NCBI GenBank assembly: GCA_950097015.1
Contig: CATNEN010000007.1
Location: 12,462,001 to 12,526,000 of the forward strand
Source: Macrostomum hystrix
Lineage: Eukaryota > Animalia > Platyhelminthes
DNA: 64,000 nucleotides
Direction of reading: 5' to 3'
Every line of letters starts with the position of its first letter. Within the stretch, counting starts at the first letter, position 1. The translations under genes and the position numbers were made by a program. The notes under the pieces are model-generated. The model was not told where the DNA came from. It made no database searches and saw only the letters and a list, made by a program, of their open reading frames with translations. Positions 47,395 to 61,134 of the stretch are shown in pieces.

Positions 47395-50300
47395 CACTCA
47401 CAGCATCCATCCATTGTTAGCCAACTCACAGCATCCATCCATTGTTAGCCACTCACAGCATCCATCCATTGTTAGCCACTCACAGCATCCATTGTTATCC
47501 AACTCACAGCATCCATTGTTATCCAACTCACAGCATCCATTCATTGTTATCCAACTCACAGCATCCATCCATTGTTAGCCACTCACAGCATCCATCCATT
47601 GTTATCCAACTCAAAGCATCCATTCATTGCTAGCCACTCACAGCATCCATTCATTGTTATCCAACTCAAAGCATCCATCCATTGTTAGCCAACTCAAAGC
47701 ATCCATCCATTGTTAGCCACTCACAGCATCCATTGTTATCCAACTCACAGCATCCATTGTTATCCAACTCACAGCATCCATTCATTGTTATCCAACTCAC
47801 AGCATCCATCCATTGTTAGCCACTCACAGCATCCATTCATTGTTATCCAACTCAAAGCATCCATCCATTGTTAGCCAACTCACAGCATCCATCCATTGTT
47901 AGCCAACTCACAGCAACCATCCATTGTTAGCCAACTCACAGCATCCATCCATTGTTAGCCAACTCACAGCATCCATCCATTGTTAGCCACTCACAGCATC
48001 CATCCATTGTTATCCAACTCACAGCATCCATCCATTGTTATCCAACTCACAGCATCCATCCATTGTTATCCAACTCACAGCATCCATCCATTGTTATCCA
48101 ACTCACAGCATCCATCCATTGTTATCCAACTCACAGCATCCATCCATTGTTATCCAACTCACAGCATCCATCCATTGTTAGCCAACTCACAGCATCCATC
48201 CATTGTTAGCCACTCACAGCATCCATTGTTATCCAACTCACAGCATCCATTGTTATCCAACTCACAGCATCCATTCATTGTTATCCAACTCACAGCATCC
48301 ATCCATTGTTTGCCACTCACAGCATCCATCCATTGTTATCCAACTCAAAGCATCCATTCATTGCTAGCCACTCACAGCATCCATTCATTGTTATCCAACT
48401 CAAAGCATCCATCCATTGTTAGCCAACTCACAGCATCCATCCATTGTTATCCAACTCACAGCATCCATTCATTGTTATCCAACTCAAAGCATCCATCCAT
48501 TGTTATCCAACTCAAAGCATCCATCCATTGTTATCCAACTCACAGCATCCATCCATTGTTAGCCAACTCACAGCATCTATCCATTGTTAGCCAACTCACA
48601 GCATCCATCCATTGTTAGCCAACTCACAGCATCCATCCATTGTTATCCAACTCACAGCATCCATCCATTGTTATCCAACTCAAAGCATCCATCCATTGTT
48701 ATCCAACTCACAGCATCCATCCATTGTTAGCCAACTCACAGCATCTATCCATTGTTAGCCAACTCACAGCATCCATCCATTGTTAGCCAACTCACAGCAT
48801 CCATCCATTGTTATCCAACTCACAGCATCCATCCATTGTTAGCCAACTCACAGCATCCATCCATTGTTAGCCACTCACAGCATCCATTGTTATCCAACTC
48901 ACAGCATCCATTCATTGTTATCCAACTCACAGCACCCATTCATTGTTATCCAACTCACAGCATCCATCCATTGTTAGCCACTCACAGCATCCATCCATTG
49001 TTATCCAACTCAAAGCATCCATTCATTGCTAGCCACTCACAGCATCCATTCATTGTTATCCAACTCAAAGCATCCATCCATTGTTAGCCACTCACAGCAT
49101 CCATTGTTATCCAACTCACAGCATCCATTGTTATCCAACTCACAGCATCCATTCATTGTTATCCAACTCACAGCATCCATCCATTGTTAGCCACTCACAG
49201 CATCCATTCATTGTTATCCAACTCAAAGCATCCATCCATTGTTAGCCAACTCACAGCATCCATCCATTGTTAGCCAACTCACAGCATCCATCCATTGTTA
49301 GCCAACTCACAGCATCCATCCATTGTTAGCCAACTCACAGCATCCATCCATTGTTAGCCAACTCACAGCATCCATCCATTGTTAGCCACTCACAGCATCC
49401 ATTGTTATCCAACTCACAGCATCCATTCATTGTTATCCAACTCACAGCATCCATTCATTGTTATCCAACTCACAGCATCCATCCATTGTTAGCCACTCAC
49501 AGCATCCATCCATTGTTATCCAACTCAAAGCATCCATTTATTGCTAGCCACTCACAGCATCCATTCATTGTTATCCAACTCAAAGCATCCATCCATTGTT
49601 AGCCACTCACAGCATCCATTGTTATCCAACTCACAGCATCCATTGTTATCCAACTCACAGCATCCATTCATTGTTATCCAACTCACAGCATCCATCCATT
49701 GTTAGCCACTCACAGCATCCATTCATTGTTATCCAACTCAAAGCATCCATCCATTGTTAGCCAACTCACAGCATCCATCCATTGTTAGCCAACTCACAGC
49801 ATCCATCCATTGTTAGCCAACTCACAGCATCCATCCATTGTTAGTCAACTCACAGCATCCATCCATTGTTAGCCACTCACAGCATCCATCCATTGTTATC
49901 CAACTCACAGCATCCATTCATTGTTATCCAACTCAAAGCATCCATCCATTGTTATCCAACTCAAAGCATCCATCCATTGTTATCCAACTCACAGCATCCA
50001 TCCATTGTTAGCCAACTCACAGCATCTATCCATTGTTATCCAACTCACAGCATCCATCCATTGTTAGCCAACTCACAGCATCCATCCATTGTTAGCCACT
50101 CACAGCATCCATTGTTATCCAACTCACAGCATCCATTGTTATCCAACTCACAGCATCCATTCATTGTTATCCAACTCACAGCATCCATCCATTGTTAGCC
50201 ACTCACAGCATCCATCCATTGTTATCCAACTCAAAGCATCCATTCATTGCTAGCCACTCACAGCATCCATTCATTGTTATCCAACTCAAAGCATCCATCC

Positions 50301-53300
50301 ATTGTTAGCCAACTCACAGCATCCATCCATTGTTATCCAACTCACAGCATCCATCCATTGTTATCCAACTCAAAGCATCCATCCATTGTTATCCAACTCA
50401 AAGCATCCATCCATTGTTATCCAACTCACAGCATCCATCCATTGTTAGCCAACTCACAGCATCCATCCATTGTTATCCAACTCACAGCATCCATTCATTG
50501 TTATCCAACTCAAAGCATCCATCCATTGTTAGCCAACTCACAGCATCCATCCATTGTTAGCCAACTCACAGCATCCATCCATTGTTATCCAACTCAAAGC
50601 ATCCATCCATTGTTATCCAACTCACAGCATCCATCCATTGTTATCCAACTCACAGCATCCATCCATTGTTATCCAACTCACAGCATCCATTCATTGTTAT
50701 CCAACTCACAGCATCCATTCATTGTTATCCAACTCACAGCATCCATCCATTGTTAGCCACTCACAGCATCCATCCATTGTTATCCAACTCAAAGCATCCA
50801 TTCATTGCTAGCCACTCACAGCATCCATTCATTGTTATCCAACTCAAAGCATCCATCAATTGTTAGCCACTCACAGCATCCATTGTTATCCAACTCACAG
50901 CATCCATTGTTATCCAACTCACAGCATCCATTCATTGTTATCCAACTCACAGCATCCATCCATTGTTAGCCACTCACAGCATCCATTCATTGTTATCCAA
51001 CTCAAAGCATCCATCCATTGTTAGCCAACTCACAGCATCCATCCATTGTTAGCCAACTCACAGCATCCATCCATTGTTAGCCAACTCACAGCATCCATCC
51101 ATTGTTAGTCAACTCACAGCATCCATCCATTGTTAGCCACTCACAGCATCCATCCATTGTTATCCAACTCACAGCATCCATCCATTGCTATCCAACTCAC
51201 AGCATCCATCCATTGTTATCCAACTCACAGCATCCATCCATTGTTATCCAACTCACAGCATCCATCCATTGTTAGCCAACTCACAGCATCCATCCATTGT
51301 TATCCAACTCACAGCATCCATCCATTGTTAGCCAACTCACAGCATCCATCCATTGTTAGCCACTCACAGCATCCATTGTTATCCAACTCACAGCATCCAT
51401 TGTTATCCAACTCACAGCATCCATTCATTGTTATCCAACTCACAGCATCCATCCATTGTTAGCCACTCACAGCATCCATCCATTGTTATCCAACTCAAAG
51501 CATCCATTCATTGCTAGCCACTCACAGCATCCATTCATTGTTATCCAACTCAAAGCATCCATCCATTGTTAGCCAACTCACAGCATCCATCCATTGTTAT
51601 CCAACTCAAAGCATCCATCCATTGTTATCCAACTCAAAGCATCCATCCATTGTTATCCAACTCACAGCATCCATCCATTGTTAGCCAACTCACAGCATCC
51701 ATCCATTGTTATCCAACTCACAGCATCCATTCATTGTTATCCAACTCAAAGCATCCATCCATTGTTAGCCAACTCACAGCATCCATCCATTGTTAGCCAA
51801 CTCACAGCATCCATCCATTGTTATCCAACTCAAAGCATCCATCCATTGTTATCCAACTCACAGCATCCATCCATTGTTATCCAACTCACAGCATCCATCC
51901 ATTGTTATCCAACTCACAGCATCCATCCATTGTTATCCAACTCACAGCATCCATCCATTGTTAGCCACTCACAGCATCCATCCATTGTTATCCAACTCAC
52001 AGCATCCATCCATTGTTATCCAACTCACAGCATCCATCCATTGTTAGCCAACTCACAGCATCCATCCATTGTTAGCCAACTCACAGCATCCATCCATTGT
52101 TAGCCAACTCACAGCATCCATCCATTGTTATCCAACTCACAGCAACCATCCATTGTTAGCCAACTCACAGCATCCATCCATTGTTAGCCAACTCACAGCA
52201 TCCATCCATTGTTATCCAACTCACAGCAACCATCCATTGTTAGCCAACTCACAGCATCCATCCATTGTTATCCAACTCACAGCATCCATCCATTGTTAGC
52301 CACTCACAGCATCCATCCATTGTTATCCAACTCACAGCATCCATCCATTGTTATCCAACTCACAGCATCCATCCATTGTTATCCAACTCACAGCATCCAT
52401 CCATTGTTAGCCACTCACAGCATCCATTCATTGTTATCCAACTCAAAGCATCCATCCATTGTTAGCCAACTCACAGCATCCATCCATTGTTAGCCAACTC
52501 ACAGCATCCATCCATTGTTAGCCAACTCACAGCATCCATCCATTGTTAGTCAACTCACAGCATCCATCCATTGTTATCCAACTCACAGCATCCATCCATT
52601 GTTATCCAACTCACAGCATCCATCCATTGCTATCCAACTCACAGCATCCATCCATTGTTATCCAACTCACAGCATCCATCCATTGTTATCCAACTCACAG
52701 CATCCATCCATTGTTATCCAACTCACAGCATCCATTCATTGTTATCCAACTCACAGCATCCATCCATTGTTAGCCACTCACAGCATCCATCCATTGTTAT
52801 CCAACTCAAAGCATCCATTTATTGCTAGCCACTCACAGCATCCATTCATTGTTATCCAACTCAAAGCATCCATCCATTGTTAGCCACTCACAGCATCCAT
52901 TGTTATCCAACTCACAGCATCCATTGTTATCCAACTCACAGCATCCATTCATTGTTATCCAACTCACAGCATCCATCCATTGTTAGCCACTCACAGCATC
53001 CATTCATTGTTATCCAACTCAAAGCATCCATCCATTGTTAGCCAACTCACAGCATCCATCCATTGTTAGCCAACTCACAGCATCCATCCATTGTTAGCCA
53101 ACTCACAGCATCCATCCATTGTTAGTCAACTCACAGCATCCATCCATTGTTAGCCACTCACAGCATCCATCCATTGTTATCCAACTCACAGCATCCATTC
53201 ATTGTTATCCAACTCAAAGCATCCATCCATTGTTATCCAACTCAAAGCATCCATCCATTGTTATCCAACTCACAGCATCCATCCATTGTTAGCCAACTCA

Positions 53301-56300
53301 CAGCATCTATCCATTGTTATCCAACTCACAGCATCCATCCATTGTTAGCCAACTCACAGCATCCATCCATTGTTAGCCACTCACAGCATCCATTGTTATC
53401 CAACTCACAGCATCCATTGTTATCCAACTCACAGCATCCATTCATTGTTATCCAACTCACAGCATCCATCCATTGTTAGCCACTCACAGCATCCATCCAT
53501 TGTTATCCAACTCAAAGCATCCATTCATTGCTAGCCACTCACAGCATCCATTCATTGTTATCCAACTCAAAGCATCCATCCATTGTTAGCCAACTCACAG
53601 CATCCATCCATTGTTATCCAACTCACAGCATCCATCCATTGTTATCCAACTCAAAGCATCCATCCATTGTTATCCAACTCAAAGCATCCATCCATTGTTA
53701 TCCAACTCACAGCATCCATCCATTGTTAGCCAACTCACAGCATCCATCCATTGTTATCCAACTCACAGCATCCATTCATTGTTATCCAACTCAAAGCATC
53801 CATCCATTGTTAGCCAACTCACAGCATCCATCCATTGTTAGCCAACTCACAGCATCCATCCATTGTTATCCAACTCAAAGCATCCATCCATTGTTATCCA
53901 ACTCACAGCATCCATCCATTGTTATCCAACTCACAGCATCCATCCATTGTTATCCAACTCACAGCATCCATTCATTGTTATCCAACTCACAGCATCCATT
54001 CATTGTTATCCAACTCACAGCATCCATCCATTGTTAGCCACTCACAGCATCCATCCATTGTTATCCAACTCAAAGCATCCATTCATTGCTAGCCACTCAC
54101 AGCATCCATTCATTGTTATCCAACTCAAAGCATCCATCAATTGTTAACCACTCACAGCATCCATTGTTATCCAACTCACAGCATCCATTGTTATCCAACT
54201 CACAGCATCCATTCATTGTTATCCAACTCACAGCATCCATCCATTGTTAGCCACTCACAGCATCCATTCATTGTTATCCAACTCAAAGCATCCATCCATT
54301 GTTAGCCAACTCACAGCATCCATCCATTGTTAGCCAACTCACAGCATCCATCCATTGTTAGCCAACTCACAGCATCCATCCATTGTTAGCCACTCACAGC
54401 ATCCATTGTTATCCAACTCACAGCATCCATTCATTGTTATCCAACTCACAGCATCCATTCATTGTTATCCAACTCACAGCATCCATCCATTGTTAGCCAC
54501 TCACAGCATCCATCCATTGTTATCCAACTCACAGCATCCATCCATTGTTAGCCAACTCACAGCATCCATCCATTGTTATCCAACTCACAGCATCCATCCA
54601 TTGTTAGCCAACTCACAGCATCCATCCATTGTTAGCCACTCACAGCATCCATTGTTATCCAACTCACAGCATCCATTGTTATCCAACTCACAGCATCCAT
54701 TCATTGTTATCCAACTCACAGCATCCATCCATTGTTAGCCACTCACAGCATCCATCCATTGTTATCCAACTCAAAGCATCCATTCATTGCTAGCCACTCA
54801 CAGCATCCATTCATTGTTATCCAACTCAAAGCATCCATCCATTGTTAGCCAACTCACAGCATCCATCCATTGTTATCCAACTCACAGCATCCATCCATTG
54901 TTATCCAACTCAAAGCATCCATCCATTGTTATCCAACTCAAAGCATCCATCCATTGTTATCCAACTCACAGCATCCATCCATTGTTAGCCAACTCACAGC
55001 ATCCATCCATTGTTATCCAACTCACAGCATCCATTCATTGTTATCCAACTCAAAGCATCCATCCATTGTTAGCCAACTCACAGCATCCATCCATTGTTAG
55101 CCAACTCACAGCATCCATCCATTGTTATCCAACTCAAAGCATCCATCCATTGTTATCCAACTCACAGCATCCATCCATTGTTATCCAACTCACAGCATCC
55201 ATCCATTGTTATCCAACTCACAGCATCCATCCATTGTTATCCAACTCACAGCATCCATCCATTGTTAGCCACTCACAGCATCCATCCATTGTTATCCAAC
55301 TCACAGCATCCATCCATTGTTATCCAACTCACAGCATCCATCCATTGTTAGCCAACTCACAGCATCCATCCATTGTTAGCCAACTCACAGCATCCATCCA
55401 TTGTTAGCCAACTCACAGCATCCATCCATTGTTATCCAACTCACAGCAACCATCCATTGTTAGCCAACTCACAGCATCCATCCATTGTTAGCCAACTCAC
55501 AGCATCCATCCATTGTTATCCAACTCACAGCAACCATCCATTGTTAGCCAACTCACAGCAATCCATCCATTGTTATCCAACTCACAGCATCCATCCATTG
55601 TTAGCCACTCACAGCATCCATCCATTGTTATCCAACTCACAGCATCCATCCATTGTTATCCAACTCACAGCATCCATCCATTGTTATCCAACTCACAGCA
55701 TCCATCCATTGTTAGCCACTCACAGCATCCATTCATTGTTATCCAACTCAAAGCATCCATCCATTGTTAGCCAACTCACAGCATCCATCCATTGTTAGCC
55801 AACTCACAGCATCCATCCATTGTTAGCCAACTCACAGCATCCATCCATTGTTAGTCAACTCACAGCATCCATCCATTGTTAGCCACTCACAGCATCCATC
55901 CATTGTTATCCAACTCACAGCATCCATCCATTGCTATCCAACTCACAGCATCCATCCATTGTTATCCAACTCACAGCATCCATCCATTGTTATCCAACTC
56001 ACAGCATCCATCCATTGTTAGCCAACTCACAGCATCCATCCATTGTTATCCAACTCACAGCATCCATCCATTGTTAGCCAACTCACAGCATCCATCCATT
56101 GTTAGCCACTCACAGCATCCATTGTTATCCAACTCACAGCATCCATTGTTATCCAACTCACAGCATCCATTCATTGTTATCCAACTCACAGCATCCATCC
56201 ATTGTTAGCCACTCACAGCATCCATCCATTGTTATCCAACTCAAAGCATCCATTCATTGCTAGCCACTCACAGCATCCATTCATTGTTATCCAACTCAAA

Positions 56301-56641
56301 GCATCCATCCATTGTTATCCAACTCAAAGCATCCATCCATTGTTATCCAACTCAAAGCATCCATCCATTGTTATCCAACTCACAGCATCCATCCATTGTT
56401 AGCCAACTCACAGCATCCATCCATTGTTATCCAACTCACAGCATCCATTCATTGTTATCCAACTCAAAGCATCCATCCATTGTTAGCCAACTCACAGCAT
56501 CCATCCATTGTTAGCCAACTCACAGCATCCATCCATTGTTATCCAACTCAAAGCATCCATCCATTGTTATCCAACTCACAGCATCCATCCATTGTTATCC
56601 AACTCACAGCATCCATCCATTGTTATCCAACTCACAGCATC
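47395..56641. repeat. 28-bp satellite with 24/27/28-bp variants and higher-order structure
   Basis: CCATCCATTGTTATCCAACTCACAGCAT. Confidence 0.97.
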
Positions 56642-56848
56642 TGTAGTGCACTGCGTTGCCCTGTCCCTCCCACGCGGGCATAGTCAACGTGCACTGCTCT
56701 TGGCACGTACTGTATGTATGCACGCACTGTTGCGTAATGCGCTCATGGCTGGACTGCACGTCGGCCTGCCTGCACTGGACGGCACTATATAACAACTCAA
56801 ATATACGGCCCAAGAGGCCACGTTCCTTTCTCACTCAACTGCACTACA

Positions 56849-57991
56849 ATGGCGTCGCAAGTCAGTATTCAAACCCCACCCGCACTGGACCTGCGCACGG
56901 ACCCTAGCACAGCCCAGACAAAATGGAAGAAATGGCTCGCCCAGTTCCAGCTGTTCGCGGTCGCCGCAGGCATCGACGACAAGAAGCGGCTGCGCCAGCT
57001 GCTACTGTACACCGCCGGCGAGGACCTGCAGGCGATCGCGGCCGGCCTCACCAACGAGGCGGCGGGCAAGGACATCGATACACTCGTTGTCGCGCTCAAT
57101 CAGCACTTCGACGGCAAGCGGAATATGCCGTTCACCCGCTACCAGTTCAGGCTCTGCACTCAGCGCCCCGGTGAGCCCATAGACGACTGGCTCCAGCGCC
57201 TCAAGGACGCCGCCGACTGCTGCGCCTTCGGTGACCTGCGAGAGTCTCTGATCCGTGATCAGGTGATTGCCTGCTGCAGCTCCGACCAGCTCCGTCGAAA
57301 GCTGCTAGCCATCGACAACGTGGACCTGGAGCAGGCGGTGCGGGCGGCCCGGGCCATGGAAGCGGCGGAGGCCCAAGCGAGCGTCATGGAGGCCAACGAT
57401 GCGTCTGTGCAGCGGCTCCGACGTCAGGAGGCCGGTGCAGCAGCCCCTGCAGCGCGGCGGCCGACAGGGCAGCCGCAAGACAAGCAGCCGAACGGCAGGC
57501 AGACCAGGTGCATCAGGTGCGGAGCCCCCGGCCACCGCACGTGCAGCGCAGCCGAAGGCAAGACGTGCAACCGCTGCGGCAAGCGAAATCACCTGGCGAG
57601 GGCCTGCCTGTCCCGGCCGAAGGAAGACGTCCACGCCCTGCAGGCTGACAGCGACAGTTCAGCGGCGGAGGACGGCGTGTTCTGCCTGACCGTGGCAGCC
57701 ACAGGAACCGCGGCAGCCGGAGCCCAGACGTCGGTGTTCGTCGGTTCAACGCAGCTGCCCGTGCTGGTGGACAGCGGCGCTGACTGCAACATCATCACCG
57801 AGCAGGCCTGGCGGACACTGCCGGGACCCCCGCAGCTGCAGGCAACTCGCACGAAGATCTTCGCCTTCCGCTCGCCGAAGCCGCTCAGCACTCTGGGAGC
57901 CTGCAGCCTTCGGGTGTCAACGGGGCAGAACAGTAGGGACGGTTCGCTTCATCGTCGTCCCCGGCGGCGGCACCAACATCCTGGGACGTGA
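56849..57991 (+). CDS. gag: gag plus protease N-terminal half; frameshift near 57922-57925
   Basis: WKKW motif, two zinc knuckles (CIRCGAPGHRTC, CNRCGKRNHLARAC) and protease LVDSGA. The ILGRE motif continues in the +1 frame. Confidence 0.9.
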   Translation: MASQVSIQTPPALDLRTDPSTAQTKWKKWLAQFQLFAVAAGIDDKKRLRQLLLYTAGEDLQAIAAGLTNEAAGKDIDTLVVALNQHFDGKRNMPFTRYQFRLCTQRPGEPIDDWLQRLKDAADCCAFGDLRESLIRDQVIACCSSDQLRRKLLAIDNVDLEQAVRAARAMEAAEAQASVMEANDASVQRLRRQEAGAAAPAARRPTGQPQDKQPNGRQTRCIRCGAPGHRTCSAAEGKTCNRCGKRNHLARACLSRPKEDVHALQADSDSSAAEDGVFCLTVAATGTAAAGAQTSVFVGSTQLPVLVDSGADCNIITEQAWRTLPGPPQLQATRTKIFAFRSPKPLSTLGACSLRVSTGQNSRDGSLHRRPRRRHQHPGT

Positions 57992-58136
57992 GGCCTCGAC
58001 TGCGCTCCGGCTCCTGAGCCTGGGGCCTCAGGTCCACGCGATCGAGGCAACCGAGACGGAGGACCCCGCTATCCAGGCGGTCGTCAGGCAATTTCCCGAG
58101 CTCTTCAGAGGCCTCGGCAAGGTCAAGGACGTCTCT

Positions 58137-60803
58137 GTGCAGATCAACATCAAATCCGACGCCAGACCAATCTGCCACCCGCCCTCCCGCGTTCCGGTGC
58201 ACCTCCGGGAGGCGCTGGACCGCGAGCTAGACGAGCAGGAGCAGCTGGGCATCATCCAGCCAGTCGAGGGCCCCACGCCGTGGGTCAGCCGCATCGTCGT
58301 GGTGCCGAAGGAGGACGGCAAGAGCGTGCGGATCACGCAGGATCTGCGCGACGTGAACAAGGCGGCGCTGAGGGAGCGACACCAGATCCCGACATTCGAG
58401 GAGGCGACAAGCGACATGGCTGGCTCATCGATCTTCAGCAAGCTCGACATCTTCAAAGCATTCCACCAGATTGAAATCAGCGAGGACAGCCGGAAGTACT
58501 TCGTGTTCTCAACGCCCCGAGGAATGCGGCAGTTGACTCGCCTGAGTATGGGATTCGCCTCTGCGTCAGAGATCCTACAGCGCGTGATGCAGCGAGTGCT
58601 GGAGGGCCTGACGGGTGTTAAGTGGATCCACGACGACATCATTGTCCACAGCCGAGACCTGAAGGCTCACAAGACTCACGTGGCTGCCTGCCTGACCAGA
58701 CTGCGAGAGCACGGCATCACCCTCAACGGCAGCAAGTGCCGCTGGGGGATCGGCAAGGCAAAGTTCATGGCGATGACGCTGTCCAAGTTTGGGATCCAGC
58801 CATCACAAGAGAAGATCGCCGAGCTGCAAGCCTTCAAAGACCCACAGTCCGTCAAGGAGGTCCGGTCGTTTCTCGGCCTGGCCAATCACCTGGAAAAGTT
58901 CATGCCCCAGCTAGCGGACATGGCGGAGCCGCTCAGGCGGCTGACACGGAAGGGCCAGGAGTTTGTCTGGGACAGCGAGCAGCAGCAGGCCTTCCAGAAC
59001 GTCAAGGAGTGCATCTCGGAGAGCCGCACCCTGGCCTTCTTCGACAAACAGCTGCCAACAGAGCTGGTGGTCGATGCATCGCCCGCTGGCGTCGGCGCCA
59101 TCCTGCAGCAGCGGCACCCCGGGGGGCAGACCCGGCCGGTGGCCTACGCGAGCCGCACCCTCAGCGAGGTCGAGCGGCGCTACAGCCAGATCGAGCGCGA
59201 GGCCCTGGGCGTCAAGTTCGGCTGCCTAAAGTTCGCGTTCTACCTGGAGGGCTGTCCTCATTTCGACGTCTACACCGACCACAAGCCGCTGCTGGGCATC
59301 TACAGGCCAGACTCCCGGCCACCGCCGCGACTCGAGCGCATCATGCTACAGACGCAGCACTTCTCGTTCACGCTACACTACCGCAAGGGCGAGGACAATC
59401 CGGCCGATCCCCTGAGCCGCAACCCGCTGCCGGAGACGTCGCCGGGCATGGACGTGGCCGCGGAGACCAGGCTGCTCAACGCCGTGGTCCAGGCCGCGAC
59501 ACCGAAGGGCCTGACGATGGACAGGATTCGCGCTGCAACCGAGAGGGACCCCGCCCTGACGGTCGTCATGCAAGCCCTAGCGACGGGCCACTGGCGCTGC
59601 GGCGCCGCGGCCCCGGCGCACAGCTTCCGGTCCCTGAAGGATGAGCTCAGCGTCCACGACGGCGTGGTGCTCCGGGGCAGCAAGATCGTGATCCCGGCGG
59701 AGCTGCAGCAGCTGACCATCGCACTGGCACACCAGGGTCACCTCGGCCAGAAGAAAACGTGCGACCGGCTGCAGCGGAAGGTCTGGTGGCCCGGCATGAC
59801 ACAGCAGGTCGAGGCCGTTGTCTCCCGCTGCCGCCCGTGCCAGGCGGCTCGACCGGACGGCGCCGTCAAGCAGCCGCCGATGCAACCGACACCGCTGCCC
59901 CCGGGGCCGTGGCAATCGCTGAGCGTGGACGTCTGCGGACCGTTCCCGACGGGCGAGAACGTGGTGGTCCTGGTGGACTACTTCAGCCGGTACCCGGACA
60001 CCTACGTGGTGCGCAGCCTCACGAGCGCCAGCATCATCACCTGCGCCATGGCCTCGTTCAGTCGCTTCGGCGTGCCACAGCAGATCACCACGGACAACGC
60101 GACCTACTTCACGAGCGAGGAGTTTAAGGAGTTCCTCGACGGCCTCGGAGTCCAGCACCGCAGGGTCACCCCACTCTACCCGGCAGCGAACGGCGAGGTC
60201 GAGCGATTCAACCGCAGCCTCAACAAGTGTGTCAACGCCGCGGCAGCGGAGGGCAAGGACTGGCGCCGGGCCATCCATGAGTGGCTGCTCGGCTACCGCA
60301 ACTCAGTGCACCGCGGCACGGGCCGGTCGCCCAACGATCTCATGTTTAACAGGGCCGTAGGCGACCTCCTGCCGGCCGGCCCCGCGGAGCAGCTGGACGA
60401 CGCCGGTCGGCAGCTGCAGCGTCATGACCGCAGCTACAAGCAGGCGATGCGCCGCGCGACTGACAAGCGACGAGCGGCAGCACCACACGGCATCGCGGCG
60501 GGCGCCCGCGTGCTGCTTAGGAACCGCGGCAAGGCCAAACTGCGGTGCCCGTTCGACCCGCGCCCCTGGCTCGTCAAAGCGGTCCACGGCGATGCACTGA
60601 CGCTGGAGAGAGGCGAGGCCGTGCTGCGGCGGCACGTGACTGAGACCAAGCCGCTGCGCGAGTGCCCCTGGGAGCCAGACGAACCGCGGGACGGCCGGCC
60701 CGCTCATCCGCAGCCCGCCACAGACGGCGGCGCCACGGACGGTGCCATAGCGCAGAGGCCCCACCCCAGGCAGGCTAAGAGGCACATCTGCTATAAGGAG
60801 TGA
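58137..60803 (+). CDS. pol: pol: RT, RNase H and integrase (the frame is open from ~57925)
   Basis: KLDIFKAFHQI, IHDD, VDAS, YSQIEREAL, TDHKPL, HHCC zinc finger, TDN and ANGEVERFN. Confidence 0.95.
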   Translation: MQINIKSDARPICHPPSRVPVHLREALDRELDEQEQLGIIQPVEGPTPWVSRIVVVPKEDGKSVRITQDLRDVNKAALRERHQIPTFEEATSDMAGSSIFSKLDIFKAFHQIEISEDSRKYFVFSTPRGMRQLTRLSMGFASASEILQRVMQRVLEGLTGVKWIHDDIIVHSRDLKAHKTHVAACLTRLREHGITLNGSKCRWGIGKAKFMAMTLSKFGIQPSQEKIAELQAFKDPQSVKEVRSFLGLANHLEKFMPQLADMAEPLRRLTRKGQEFVWDSEQQQAFQNVKECISESRTLAFFDKQLPTELVVDASPAGVGAILQQRHPGGQTRPVAYASRTLSEVERRYSQIEREALGVKFGCLKFAFYLEGCPHFDVYTDHKPLLGIYRPDSRPPPRLERIMLQTQHFSFTLHYRKGEDNPADPLSRNPLPETSPGMDVAAETRLLNAVVQAATPKGLTMDRIRAATERDPALTVVMQALATGHWRCGAAAPAHSFRSLKDELSVHDGVVLRGSKIVIPAELQQLTIALAHQGHLGQKKTCDRLQRKVWWPGMTQQVEAVVSRCRPCQAARPDGAVKQPPMQPTPLPPGPWQSLSVDVCGPFPTGENVVVLVDYFSRYPDTYVVRSLTSASIITCAMASFSRFGVPQQITTDNATYFTSEEFKEFLDGLGVQHRRVTPLYPAANGEVERFNRSLNKCVNAAAAEGKDWRRAIHEWLLGYRNSVHRGTGRSPNDLMFNRAVGDLLPAGPAEQLDDAGRQLQRHDRSYKQAMRRATDKRRAAAPHGIAAGARVLLRNRGKAKLRCPFDPRPWLVKAVHGDALTLERGEAVLRRHVTETKPLRECPWEPDEPRDGRPAHPQPATDGGATDGAIAQRPHPRQAKRHICYKE

Positions 60804-61134
60804 CTGTAGTGACAGGGCCTGAGAGGCATCTTTCCATGCGAACTATTTGCGTTTTTTTTGCGTTCTGATTTTTCAAGACCCACTCAATGCGCCGCGCGTT
60901 TGACCTTTTTACTCTGAGGGGGAGAGATGTAGTGCACTGCGTTGCCCTGTCCCTCCCACGCGGGCATAGTCAACGTGCACTGCTCTTGGCACGTACTGTA
61001 TGTATGCACGCACTGTTGCGTAATGCGCTCATGGCTGGACTGCACGTCGGCCTGCCTGCACTGGACGGCACTATATAACAACTCAAATATACGGCCCAAG
61101 AGGCCACGTTCCTTTCTCACTCAACTGCACTACA

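Larger units (their letters stand above)
56642..61134 (+). mobile_element. Complete young Ty3/Gypsy (Mag-like) LTR retrotransposon, 4493 bp
   Basis: Identical 207-bp LTRs (56642-56848, 60928-61134) with 9-bp inverted ends TGTAGTGCA/TGCACTACA. TSD GCATC, PBS starting TGG at 56850, PPT GAGGGGGAGAGA. Confidence 0.97.

Noticed and set aside
47442-56683. Many His/Ser-rich ORFs
   Set aside because: Translations of the 28-bp satellite.
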